Part shown: positions 45,426 through 54,500 of the stretch, piece by piece
Layout of the letters: the number at the start of each line of letters is the position of its first letter
Position numbering within the stretch: the first letter of the stretch is position 1
Source of the DNA: Bacteroidales bacterium
Lineage (GTDB): Bacteria; Bacteroidota; Bacteroidia; Bacteroidales; Lentimicrobiaceae
NCBI GenBank assembly: GCA_024636955.1
Contig: JAGXGB010000026.1
Coordinates: 42,757 to 106,756 of the forward strand
Length of the DNA stretch: 64,000 bases
Direction of reading: 5' to 3'
The notes under the pieces: model-generated
What the model saw: only the letters and a program-made list of their open reading frames with translations
Databases searched by the model: none
Told to the model about the DNA's origin: nothing
Made by a program: the position numbers and the translations under genes

Positions 45426-48400
45426 ATGAATTCAAAAAAATTACTATTAATTGCAGTAATGTTTTTCAGTTTAGGCTTCCTATCAGCCCAGAACTGGATA
45501 ACTATCAATTCGCAAGAGCCTTCAGCAGCAAATGTTGAGCTAATTGAAAGTGACATCAGTAACTCCATCATTAAAGTTGAATTGGGGGGCTTCATGCTAA
45601 ACCCAGTAAACACCCCTAATGGTGAAGCTTTCACTGTCAGTGTTGGAGAATCATCACCAATATTAGAGAAAGGGATGCCTGATCTGCCAAAACTGACTAC
45701 CTCGCTGATTATTCCCGATGATGCAGGCATGGATATAGAGATAGTATCATCTAAATTCAAAGATTTTGCTGATATAAACATCGCCCCATCAAAAGGTAAT
45801 TTCACCCGCGATATTAACCCGTCGGATGTACCGTACACTTATGGCAGTGCTTACACAAGGAATGAATTCTTTCCTTCAGAAATTGGCTTTCTCAGGGATC
45901 CGTTCATTTTAAGGGATTACAGAGGGCAAACAGTTGTTATTAGTCCTTTTGCCTATAACCCTGTAACTAAAGTGCTTCGGGTTTATTACGAGATTGTGAT
46001 TGAAGTAAAAGCTTCAGGTACATCCTCCATCAATATACTCACCAGAAACAGTAACGTTAATGAGAGCGTAGATTTTGATTTTAAACAAATATATGATAGG
46101 CAATTCCTGAATTCAGCCACTACTTCAAGATACACCCCACTTGAAGAGCAGGGCAATATGCTCATTATATCTTATGGTGCATTTATTCCGGCAATGCAGG
46201 ATTTCGTGAACTGGAAACGTACTATTGGTACTCCAACTGAAATTGTTGACGTTGCTGTAATAGGAGCAAATTCAACAGCAATAAAGAATTACGTCGCTGA
46301 CTATTATACAACTAATGGCCTTACATACCTACTTTTGGTAGGTGACCATGCACAGGTGCCCACTGTAACAACCGGAAATATTGGTGGCCCATCAGATCAT
46401 GCATATGGTTTCCTTGCCGGAAGTGACCATAACCCCGATATATTCGTAGGTAGGTTCTCCGCTGAACTTGAAGCACAGGTTGTTACTCAGGTTCAACGCA
46501 CAATAGCCTATGAGCAAAATCCGGTGGTAAGCTATGATTGGTTCTCAAAGGGCGTTGGTATAGCTTCAGCAGAAGGTCCGGGGGATGATAATGAGTACGA
46601 TTGGCAACACATGAGGAATATCAGAACTGATTTGATCAATTACACTTATACTACTGTTGCAGAACTTTATGATGGGTCACAAGGTGGTGAAGACCTGCCC
46701 GGTAATCCCAACTCCGCTTCCGTTGCTACAGAAGTGAATGATGGACGCTCAATAATTAATTATGTAGGCCATGGGAGTCAAAATTCATGGAGCACTACAG
46801 GATTTTCTAACTCAGGTGTTAATCAGCTTACTAACAATAATAAGTGGCCTTTTATCATTTCTGTTGCATGTGTTAACGGCGACTTTCTTAATGCTACTTG
46901 CTTTGCTGAAGCATGGCTGAGGGCGACTAATACTAACGGCCCAACAGGTGCTGTTGCAGCCTTGATGGCAACTATTAATAAGTCGTGGAATCCACCAATG
47001 GATGGTCAGGATGAAATGAATGATATTCTGGTTGAGAGTTATGAAAGCAATATTAAAAGAACCTTTGGCGGTGTTTCCATTAATGGATGCATTAAAATGA
47101 ACGAGACATATGGTTCAGCAGGTGATGAAATGACTGATACCTGGTTGATATTTGGCGACCCATCGCTTATGCTTCGTACCGCTTTGCCAGCCCAGCTTGC
47201 AGTTACACATAGCAATGTTGCCTTTATAGGTTCAAACCAGTTTGTGATCAACTGTAACGTTGACGATGCCTATGCATGCCTCACTATGAATGGTGACATT
47301 CTCGGTACAGCAACAGTTAGCGGCGGCACTGCAATTATAAATATTCCTCCTCTAACTCAAGTAGGAATGATGAAGCTTGCAGTAACAGCTTACAATCGTC
47401 TTCCATATATTTCTAATATAGAAATTATACCTCTTGAAGGTCCTTATATCGTATATGACAACAATGAAATTAATGACGAATACGGTAATAATAACATGCA
47501 ACTTGACTATAATGAAACAGTTACATTTGCACTAGGTTTAAAGAATGCCGGTACGGAAGATGTTCAAAACGTAACTGTTACCATTCAATGCGCAGATCCA
47601 TTTGTTACCCTAAACGATACTGTTGAACTGTATCCGTTGATTTCAGCTGGTCAGGTCACTAGTATTGCAGATGCATTTGGTTTTACTGTTTCAAATGAAA
47701 TTCCTGAAGAACATCAGATCAACTTTGACTTTTTAGCTGTTGCTGACACTAATCAGTGGGAAGGTAGTTTTGTCATAATTGGTCATTCCGTTGTTCTGAA
47801 CTATGCAGGTATGTCAATTGATGACAGTCAGGGTAATAATAATGATAAGGTAGATGCGGGTGAAACTGTATTTCTCAATCTGCGAATTCTTAATGCCGGA
47901 ACTGCACCTGCCTATGATGTATTGGGTGTTATTGGTACTGATGACCCTTATCTTTTAATTAATGTGGATAGTGTATATATTGCAACAGTTGGTGGTTATG
48001 AAATTGTTGATGCAGTATTTACTGTTACAGCACTACCAACCACTCCAACAGGACATCAGGTGGTACTTGATTTTGATATTTCGTCACTTGGTGGGTTTAC
48101 CGGTTCAGGTGCACCTACTTTTATTGTTGGTCAGATTCCGGTACTAATAATTGATATCGACGGGAACAAAAACTCTGGGCCGGTTATCAGAAATTCACTA
48201 TCGAATATTGGAGTAACTGCCGATTACGTTACTTCATGGCCTATGATCATTGGTCCGTATCAGTCAGTATTTGTTTGTTTAGGCAGCTACCCTAATAATA
48301 CAGTACTTACAAGCGGGCAAGGTCAGGCACTGGCCAATTTTATGAATAATAATTCCGGCAGGGTGTATATGGAAGGCGCTGATACATGGGCATATAATGA

Positions 48401-49259
48401 TCCAACAGCAGCACATCCAATGTTCAAAATTGCCGGTGATGGTGATGGAGGTAATGACCTCAGTATTATAAATGGAGTAACAGGTGCTTTCACTGAAGGT
48501 ATGTCGTTCACCTATTATGGTGATAACAGCTACATTGACCATATCCTGCCACTTGAGGATGCATTTGTTGTTCTTCAAAATACTTCACCTGCCTACAATA
48601 CAAGTATTGCATATGATGGCGGTACTTACCGCACAATTGGAAGTTCAATGGAATTTGGTGGTTTAAATAATGGTACAGGAATTTCACATAAGGATTCCCT
48701 GATGACCCAGTATATCAATTTCCTTGGAATTGCCAATACAACCACATTGCTGGCTAACTTCATCGCTTCTGAAGTAAAGATCTGCGAGCTGGATGAAGTA
48801 ACATTTACTGATTATTCTGCAGGTAATATCACTTCATGGGAATGGAGCTTCCCGGGTGGCAATCCTGAGACTTCTACAGAACAGAACCCAACAATTTCAT
48901 ACAGACTTACAGGCAATTATGATGTAAGCTTAACAGTATCTGATGGTATTAGCAGTTACACAGCCACCAAAACATCATATATTGAAGTTGACATCTGCTC
49001 ATCTGCTCGTGATCAGTATCTTAGCAAGTTGCTAATGTATCCAAATCCTGCAAACAATAACTTTACTATTGTATTGCCTGATAACAGAGGAGAAACATTT
49101 ATTGGTTTATACACAACTTCAGGTGTTGAGGTTAAGAGGGATATTGCAATAGGTAATGAATTTATGATGGATGTAAGAACCCTTCAGCCTGGAATGTACT
49201 TTGTTAAGGTGAGCAGCAATCAATACAATGAAACCTTAAAATTGATTATCACAAGATAA
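45426..49259 (+). CDS. Gingipain-family (peptidase C25) multidomain protease with PKD domain, T9SS cargo (C25-2)
   Basis: About 1277 aa from ATG 45426 (signal peptide MNSKKLLLIAVMFFSLGFLSAQ; the ORF-track start 45315 is rejected). Propeptide block VISPFAYNPVTKVLRVYYEIVIEV, His in NYVGHGSQNSW, Cys in SVACVNGDF, and a PKD-like block at ~48780-48990 (VTFTDYSAGNITSWEWSFPGGNPE...SLTVSDG). Confidence 0.85.
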   Translation: MNSKKLLLIAVMFFSLGFLSAQNWITINSQEPSAANVELIESDISNSIIKVELGGFMLNPVNTPNGEAFTVSVGESSPILEKGMPDLPKLTTSLIIPDDAGMDIEIVSSKFKDFADINIAPSKGNFTRDINPSDVPYTYGSAYTRNEFFPSEIGFLRDPFILRDYRGQTVVISPFAYNPVTKVLRVYYEIVIEVKASGTSSINILTRNSNVNESVDFDFKQIYDRQFLNSATTSRYTPLEEQGNMLIISYGAFIPAMQDFVNWKRTIGTPTEIVDVAVIGANSTAIKNYVADYYTTNGLTYLLLVGDHAQVPTVTTGNIGGPSDHAYGFLAGSDHNPDIFVGRFSAELEAQVVTQVQRTIAYEQNPVVSYDWFSKGVGIASAEGPGDDNEYDWQHMRNIRTDLINYTYTTVAELYDGSQGGEDLPGNPNSASVATEVNDGRSIINYVGHGSQNSWSTTGFSNSGVNQLTNNNKWPFIISVACVNGDFLNATCFAEAWLRATNTNGPTGAVAALMATINKSWNPPMDGQDEMNDILVESYESNIKRTFGGVSINGCIKMNETYGSAGDEMTDTWLIFGDPSLMLRTALPAQLAVTHSNVAFIGSNQFVINCNVDDAYACLTMNGDILGTATVSGGTAIINIPPLTQVGMMKLAVTAYNRLPYISNIEIIPLEGPYIVYDNNEINDEYGNNNMQLDYNETVTFALGLKNAGTEDVQNVTVTIQCADPFVTLNDTVELYPLISAGQVTSIADAFGFTVSNEIPEEHQINFDFLAVADTNQWEGSFVIIGHSVVLNYAGMSIDDSQGNNNDKVDAGETVFLNLRILNAGTAPAYDVLGVIGTDDPYLLINVDSVYIATVGGYEIVDAVFTVTALPTTPTGHQVVLDFDISSLGGFTGSGAPTFIVGQIPVLIIDIDGNKNSGPVIRNSLSNIGVTADYVTSWPMIIGPYQSVFVCLGSYPNNTVLTSGQGQALANFMNNNSGRVYMEGADTWAYNDPTAAHPMFKIAGDGDGGNDLSIINGVTGAFTEGMSFTYYGDNSYIDHILPLEDAFVVLQNTSPAYNTSIAYDGGTYRTIGSSMEFGGLNNGTGISHKDSLMTQYINFLGIANTTTLLANFIASEVKICELDEVTFTDYSAGNITSWEWSFPGGNPETSTEQNPTISYRLTGNYDVSLTVSDGISSYTATKTSYIEVDICSSARDQYLSKLLMYPNPANNNFTIVLPDNRGETFIGLYTTSGVEVKRDIAIGNEFMMDVRTLQPGMYFVKVSSNQYNETLKLIITR
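49026..49256 (+). other. T9SS C-terminal sorting domain (type A CTD) of C25-2
   Basis: The last 77 aa are KLLMYPNPANNNFTIVLP...GMYFVKVSSNQYNETLKLIITR. Confidence 0.8.
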
Positions 49260-49280
49260 TTATTCAAAATGTTTAAGTAA

Positions 49281-49318
49281 GAAAGGAGGAAAATTCATGA
49301 ATTTTCCTCCTTTCTTTT
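49281..49318. terminator. Bidirectional hairpin terminator between C25-2 and the convergent beta-barrel gene
   Basis: Perfect 34-nt palindrome GAAAGGAGGAAAATTCA / TGAATTTTCCTCCTTTC (49281-49314) followed by TTTT. Confidence 0.7.
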
Positions 49319-49337
49319 GCTCCTTATCATTCAGGAG

Positions 49338-50000
49338 TTACAATTCATAGTACAAGGAAAACACCAGAGCATCATTAAATTGCCCGTGGTCAAAGAACCT
49401 CCATACATCACCATTTACTCTTTGAGTGCGAATTGTTAGAATTGAATTATTGGTTCTGAAGTTTACAATTGTTCTTTCTCCAATCCTGTATGAAAGCCCT
49501 AATATGAGGCACAGATTTCTTTTGGCGAAGGGACTGAATAATTCCTCATTATTGAACTTCTCGTGACTGTGCAGCAAAAAGTCCATTGCGGGACCGATCT
49601 CGAAATTCAATTTTTCACTATATAACATTCTGTACAATAATGCCAGTTCAACATAGCCTAACTGCATTCGATAGAAATCATATTTTTCCTTTTCGTAATC
49701 AGGATTTTCCCGACTTCCTTTTTGAATATACGATAACTCCATCTGATACTGAGTATTTGGAGCACCCAGCATACTTACCCATCCACCCCCGGTTATCCCC
49801 GCTTTATTATACCCACTAAACCTGTCACCTGCTACCTGACTCCCAACGAGCCCTGCCAGCACACCCCCTTTAAAACTCTGCCCTTTTACCATGCCAAAAG
49901 GAATTAAGGCAATGATCATTAATAAAATGAATCGTTTGAATATAGCTGAATGGATTGTCACAAATGAGATGGTAGAATTGAATTTATAATGGAGTTTCAT
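49338..50000 (-). CDS. Outer-membrane beta-barrel protein (PorT-like / OMP_b-brl family)
   Basis: 220 aa. A hydrophobic signal-like segment ends at MVKGQS, followed by a Gly/aromatic alternating strand pattern. The family assignment is by general resemblance only. Confidence 0.5.
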   Translation of the reverse strand: MKLHYKFNSTISFVTIHSAIFKRFILLMIIALIPFGMVKGQSFKGGVLAGLVGSQVAGDRFSGYNKAGITGGGWVSMLGAPNTQYQMELSYIQKGSRENPDYEKEKYDFYRMQLGYVELALLYRMLYSEKLNFEIGPAMDFLLHSHEKFNNEELFSPFAKRNLCLILGLSYRIGERTIVNFRTNNSILTIRTQRVNGDVWRFFDHGQFNDALVFSLYYEL

Positions 50001-50106
50001 TGTCCGAATTACTAAAGTTTAGCACCATAAAGATAGATATTTTTAAATGAATTGCAGGAGCTTCAGGCATTCTGTCACCGTTATCAGGTTATTTGAAATT
50101 ATTAAT

Positions 50107-50114
50107 TAACTTTG
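50107..50114 (+). promoter_or_regulatory. Candidate -7 box TAacTTTG for the OmpR-type two-component operon
   Basis: Exact TAnnTTTG 23 nt upstream of ATG 50137. Confidence 0.4.
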
Positions 50115-50136
50115 AGCAATATAACAACCTAGCCCA

Positions 50137-50820
50137 ATGGAAAGGGAACAATATTGCATTTTACTTGTAGATGATGAGGCTGATGTGCTTGAATTTCTAT
50201 GCTACAACCTTTTAAAAGAAGGCTACCAGGTGCTTAAAGCCAGCAATGGTAAGGACGCCCTTGCTCTCTTGAAAGATAATCGTCCCCACCTTGTTATCCT
50301 GGATGTGATGATGCCGGGTATTGATGGGATTGAAACCTGTAGGCAGATAAGGGAAATGCCAGGTTTTGAAGACACCATTGTAATTTTTCTAACTGCCCGG
50401 GGCGAAGAATATTCGCAATTGGCAGGATTTGATGCAGGGGCTGATGACTATATAACAAAACCTATCAGGCCCAGTATACTTACCAGCAGAGTCAAAGCTC
50501 TTTTACGTAGGTCAAAAGCACCAACTATTGAAGAATCTTCCTCTGACAAACAGGAGATTTTTATTGATAAAGAAAAGTACATGGTGGTTAATAATGGACT
50601 TGAAATCTCACTACCGCGCAAAGAGTTTGAGCTCCTTTCATTGCTGGTATCTAAACCTAACAGGGTATTCACAAGAGAAGAAATATATTCAAGTGTATGG
50701 GGTACCGGCGTTATTGTGGGTGACCGGACTATAGATGTCCATGTAAGGCGTATTCGTGAAAAAATAGGCATTGATAATATTATTACTATAAAAGGAGTTG
50801 GTTATAAATATTCGTTGTAA
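50137..50820 (+). CDS. OmpR/PhoB-family response regulator
   Basis: 227 aa. Receiver domain ([20 protein letters not shown]) plus a winged-helix C-terminus ([20 protein letters not shown]). Confidence 0.9.
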   Translation: MEREQYCILLVDDEADVLEFLCYNLLKEGYQVLKASNGKDALALLKDNRPHLVILDVMMPGIDGIETCRQIREMPGFEDTIVIFLTARGEEYSQLAGFDAGADDYITKPIRPSILTSRVKALLRRSKAPTIEESSSDKQEIFIDKEKYMVVNNGLEISLPRKEFELLSLLVSKPNRVFTREEIYSSVWGTGVIVGDRTIDVHVRRIREKIGIDNIITIKGVGYKYSL

Positions 50821-51868
50821 AATCTTGAAAGTAAATTTCTCTGAACCCGTAAACCTGTCATTTGTCATAGCCCTGGCTATGGCACTGTTTATGCTTGCTG
50901 CTTTGATAGTATTAGGGTTACTTTCGGGCTTTTATTTGTCAACATGGGCCTATGTCATATTATCATTACTAACTTTTGCTTTTGCATTTGGCATTGTAAG
51001 TTTTTTGGTAAAGCGCTTCCTTATTGAGAAAATAAGGTTGATTTATAAAACCATAAGAACATCAAAGTCAACAAAAGATGATAAGAAAGATAAGGTACTT
51101 CCATCACTTGATAAGGTGAATAAGGAAGTGATTGAATGGACAGAGAATAAAAAGAGAGAAATTGAAGAATTGAAAAGGATGGCAACCTACCGACGCGAGT
51201 TTTTAGGTAACGTTTCACATGAGTTAAAGACTCCTATTTTTAACATCCAGGGATACGTACTCACCCTACTTGACGGCGGGCTGGATGATCCAACAATTAA
51301 CAAGCAATATTTGCTTCGCACAGAGAAGAGTATTAACCGGATGATAGCTTTGGTTGAAGATCTTGAAAAAATATCTCAACTTGAATCGGGTGAATTACAG
51401 CTTAACCACTCAAAATTTGACGTATCAGCATTAAGTCGTGATGTGATTGAGTTTCTTGAGATTAAAACAAGAAAGAAGAAAGTTAGTATCACTTTTCCTC
51501 AGCCTGAGAAACCATACTTTGTGAGCGCTGACAGGGAAAGAACAAGAGAGGTTTTAATTAACCTGATTGACAACTCCATCAAGTACGGCAATTCAAACCA
51601 TGCTGAAACAAAGATTAGCTTTTTTGATATGGATAAGCACATTTTGATTGAGATATCAGATAATGGTCCGGGTATAGAGATATCAGAATTACCAAGAATA
51701 TTTGAACGTTTTTACAGGGTTGATAAAGCCCGTTCACGAGAACTAGGCGGCTCAGGACTAGGCCTTGCTATAGTGAAACACATCATTGAAGCGCATGAAG
51801 AAACCATAAACGTTCGCAGCTCACCTGGAGTAGGTACTACCTTTGCTTTTACCTTGCGGAAAGCCTGA
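50798..51868 (+). CDS. Membrane sensor histidine kinase (HisKA + HATPase_c)
   Basis: Two N-terminal TM segments, H-box [13 protein letters not shown]-box LIDNSIKYG, and G-boxes DNGPGI and [10 protein letters not shown]. The exact start is uncertain: TTG 50798 overlaps the RR gene by 23 nt and an alternative TTG lies at 50825. Confidence 0.85.
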   Translation: MVINIRCKILKVNFSEPVNLSFVIALAMALFMLAALIVLGLLSGFYLSTWAYVILSLLTFAFAFGIVSFLVKRFLIEKIRLIYKTIRTSKSTKDDKKDKVLPSLDKVNKEVIEWTENKKREIEELKRMATYRREFLGNVSHELKTPIFNIQGYVLTLLDGGLDDPTINKQYLLRTEKSINRMIALVEDLEKISQLESGELQLNHSKFDVSALSRDVIEFLEIKTRKKKVSITFPQPEKPYFVSADRERTREVLINLIDNSIKYGNSNHAETKISFFDMDKHILIEISDNGPGIEISELPRIFERFYRVDKARSRELGGSGLGLAIVKHIIEAHEETINVRSSPGVGTTFAFTLRKA

Positions 51869-51889
51869 AAAGAGTGATCAGGCAGCGCG

Positions 51890-52864
51890 TTAATTCTTTC
51901 TCTCAGTTGTGAAAAGTACAAGATCTCTTAGTGACCTAAGAGCTTCTGATTCAGGAAATTCTGATAGTATTTCAATGGCCTTTTCCCGATATTCCAGCAT
52001 CTTCTTTTCGGCATAAGCAATACCACCACTTTCATGCACCTTCTGCATGAGCTTAATTACCAACTCTTTATCGTTATTGTGGTTTTTAACTGTGTTTATT
52101 ATTTTACGCTTCTCATTCCAGTCGGCTTTACTCAGAGTGTAAATTAGCGGAAGCGTCATCTTCTTTTCCTTAATATCGATGCCTGATGGTTTGCCGGTTT
52201 CCAGAGTTTTATTGTAATCAAGAAGGTCGTCCTTGATTTGGAAAGCGATCCCGGTGAGCTCACCAAAATAGTGCATCTTCTTCTGTAGCTCCTTGTCGGC
52301 ACCAACAGATACGGCACCAGCGGCACAGCATGATGCAATCAATGAGGCTGTTTTCTTACGGATTATCTCAAAGTAAATGTCTTCCTGAATATCCAGCCTT
52401 CGAGCCTTTTCAATTTGCAAAAGTTCACCCTCACTCATCTCACGGGTAGCTTCAGAAACTATGCGTAATAAATCAAAATCATCATATTCAAGGGATAAAA
52501 GAAGCCCCTTTGAAAGTAGATAATCTCCTATAAGCACAGAAATCTTGTTCTGCCACAGTGCATTAAGTGAGAAGTATCCTCTTCTCTTGTTTGAATCATC
52601 AACAACATCATCATGTATTAAAGTTGCTGTGTGGAGTAGTTCAATGAGTGAAGCAGCCCTGTATGTGGTATCATTAATTTCGCCACAGGTTTGTGCAGTT
52701 AGAAATACAAACATCGGCCTTATTTGCTTTCCCTTTCTCTTAACAAGATATGCAGTGATACTGTCAAGTAAAGGAACTGAACTTTTCATAGCCAGCCTGA
52801 ACCTCTTTTCAAATTCTTGTATATGTTGTTCTATTGGAGCCTTAATCTCTTTTAAGGAAGTCAT
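51890..52864 (-). CDS. Polyprenyl diphosphate synthase (long-chain, IspB-like)
   Basis: 324 aa with the first DDxxD in LIHDDVVDD and the second in FQIKDDLLD. Confidence 0.85.
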   Translation of the reverse strand: MTSLKEIKAPIEQHIQEFEKRFRLAMKSSVPLLDSITAYLVKRKGKQIRPMFVFLTAQTCGEINDTTYRAASLIELLHTATLIHDDVVDDSNKRRGYFSLNALWQNKISVLIGDYLLSKGLLLSLEYDDFDLLRIVSEATREMSEGELLQIEKARRLDIQEDIYFEIIRKKTASLIASCCAAGAVSVGADKELQKKMHYFGELTGIAFQIKDDLLDYNKTLETGKPSGIDIKEKKMTLPLIYTLSKADWNEKRKIINTVKNHNNDKELVIKLMQKVHESGGIAYAEKKMLEYREKAIEILSEFPESEALRSLRDLVLFTTERKN

Positions 52865-52882
52865 TGTAAAAGTTTAGTCATT

Positions 52883-52890
52883 CAAAAATA
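52883..52890 (-). promoter_or_regulatory. Candidate -7 box (TAttTTTG on the minus strand) for the polyprenyl synthase gene
   Basis: The plus strand reads CAAAaaTA 19 nt upstream of start 52864. Confidence 0.4.
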
Positions 52891-52988
52891 GCAATTATTT
52901 ACTTATCAATCATGTTGGCTAACTGAATCAACTTGTACGTTTATCAAACAAAAGGACCAATTACACGGATAGAGCTTAACTTAATCAT

Positions 52989-52996
52989 TACTTTTG
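52989..52996 (+). promoter_or_regulatory. Candidate -7 box TActTTTG for the radical SAM / PCD / repeat-protein cluster
   Basis: Exact TAnnTTTG 16 nt upstream of ATG 53012. It overlaps the ORF-track TTG start at 52994, which argues against that start. Confidence 0.4.
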
Positions 52997-53011
52997 CAGA
53001 AAATTACATCC

Positions 53012-53791
53012 ATGTCAGGTTTTTTGTTTAGCGAGATAGTGTTTGGTCCGGTTAATAGCCGCAGGTTCGGAGTATCATTAGGAATTAACCTCCTTCCCGA
53101 TACAATGAAATATTGTTCTTTTAACTGTATATATTGTGAGTGTGGATTAACTGCCAAAGATCAGGATAAGCATGCCAAATTATACCCAACCTCAATTATC
53201 TTGTCGGCATTAGAAGACCGGTTCAAAGAATTGAATGAGAAGCAATTACTTCCTGATAACATAACTTTTGCGGGCAATGGTGAACCAACTATGCATCCCG
53301 GCTTCGCTGAAATCATTGGCAGGACCATTGAATTAAGAGACACGTATTTCCCTGCCTCAAAAATTACCGTACTGTCTAATTCAACCAGACTTCACAATGA
53401 TTCTATCAGAGCAGCACTGCTCAAAGTAGATCATAATGTGCTTAAGCTTGATGCTGGTACAGATCACATGTTCCAGGCAATCAATCGTCCGGTTTCTTCA
53501 ATTACGCTTCATGACGTTGTTGATCAGCTGACACTTTTTCATGGGCAGGTTATCATTCAAACCCTGTTTATCAAAGGAAAATGTAACGGAATTGAAATTG
53601 ACAATACATCAGATGAAGAGATTAGTTTGTGGCTTGAACACCTACAAAAAATACAACCCTCACTGGTGATGCTTTATACCATCTCCCGTGAAACACCCGA
53701 AGAAGGCTTATTAAAAGTTTCAGCAGAAGAACTTGAAAAAATTGCCGGAAAAGTAAAAGAAGTAAACCTTAATGCAGAAGTCTATATATAA
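53012..53791 (+). CDS. Radical SAM protein of unknown function
   Basis: About 259 aa. N-terminus FGPVNSRRFGVSLGINLLP followed by the CxxxCxxC cluster motif CSFNCIYCECG, then a GNGEPT glycine-rich SAM-binding block. Confidence 0.7.
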   Translation: MSGFLFSEIVFGPVNSRRFGVSLGINLLPDTMKYCSFNCIYCECGLTAKDQDKHAKLYPTSIILSALEDRFKELNEKQLLPDNITFAGNGEPTMHPGFAEIIGRTIELRDTYFPASKITVLSNSTRLHNDSIRAALLKVDHNVLKLDAGTDHMFQAINRPVSSITLHDVVDQLTLFHGQVIIQTLFIKGKCNGIEIDNTSDEEISLWLEHLQKIQPSLVMLYTISRETPEEGLLKVSAEELEKIAGKVKEVNLNAEVYI

Positions 53792-53813
53792 CTGAACCTT
53801 TTGTGAAGGCTTC

Positions 53814-54098
53814 ATGTTTTTCTTTAAACAGATTATGCAAAACGTAAACATGTGGCATCAAATTGAACATCCGGATAACGGCAGTTTATTAGCAAGATCA
53901 TATGAGTTCAGCAACTTTCTGGAAGCATTTGCCTTCTGTACGAAAGTAGCCTTAATTGCTGAGAAACAAGCTCATCACCCCTCAATTACTATAGAGTACA
54001 ATAAAGTAAATATAAGTACTACCACTCATGATTCAGGTAATTCGATTACAGAAAAAGACAGGAAACTAACTGCAGAAATAGATAAACTTAAAACATAA
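53814..54098 (+). CDS. Pterin-4a-carbinolamine dehydratase (PCD/DCoH, COG2154-like)
   Basis: 94 aa or fewer. Core F..F..A..F...VALIAEKQAHHPSITIEYNKVNISTTTH has the HHP...TH signature. The start may be an internal Met. Confidence 0.75.
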   Translation: MFFFKQIMQNVNMWHQIEHPDNGSLLARSYEFSNFLEAFAFCTKVALIAEKQAHHPSITIEYNKVNISTTTHDSGNSITEKDRKLTAEIDKLKT

Positions 54099-54496
54099 TG
54101 CTTGACTATCCGGTAAAGATACTAATTGCTTTCGGCGAAACCATTAGTGGTAATGATGAGCTGTTTCAATGGTTACTTTCAAATGGATATCCTGAACTAG
54201 CTGCTTTGTCAAAAGCAATCAGGGGCAGTGAGGAAGCTTTCAACTGGCTTATCAAGAATGGATATGTGCAATATGCTGCCCTTGACAGTGCCATTGATGA
54301 CAATTTAAGGGCATATCATTGGTTAAATGTAAACAGGTATTTCTTTCTGGCAGTCCTATCAGATGCATGCCGCAACCAGCAAGAAGCAATTGAGTGGCTT
54401 ACCAGGAACGATTTGAAGATATTTATTCTAATTGCTGAAAAAATACGGTTCTATCGCAACAATCAAGTGTTTGATCATCACAAGATACATTTCTAA
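54098..54496 (+). CDS. Hypothetical protein built from four ~25-aa tandem repeats
   Basis: 132 aa with a W-L-x-x-N-G-Y...AAL periodicity. Its ATG shares one nt with the PCD stop codon (TAATG). Confidence 0.55.
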   Translation: MLDYPVKILIAFGETISGNDELFQWLLSNGYPELAALSKAIRGSEEAFNWLIKNGYVQYAALDSAIDDNLRAYHWLNVNRYFFLAVLSDACRNQQEAIEWLTRNDLKIFILIAEKIRFYRNNQVFDHHKIHF

Positions 54497-54500
54497 TCTT

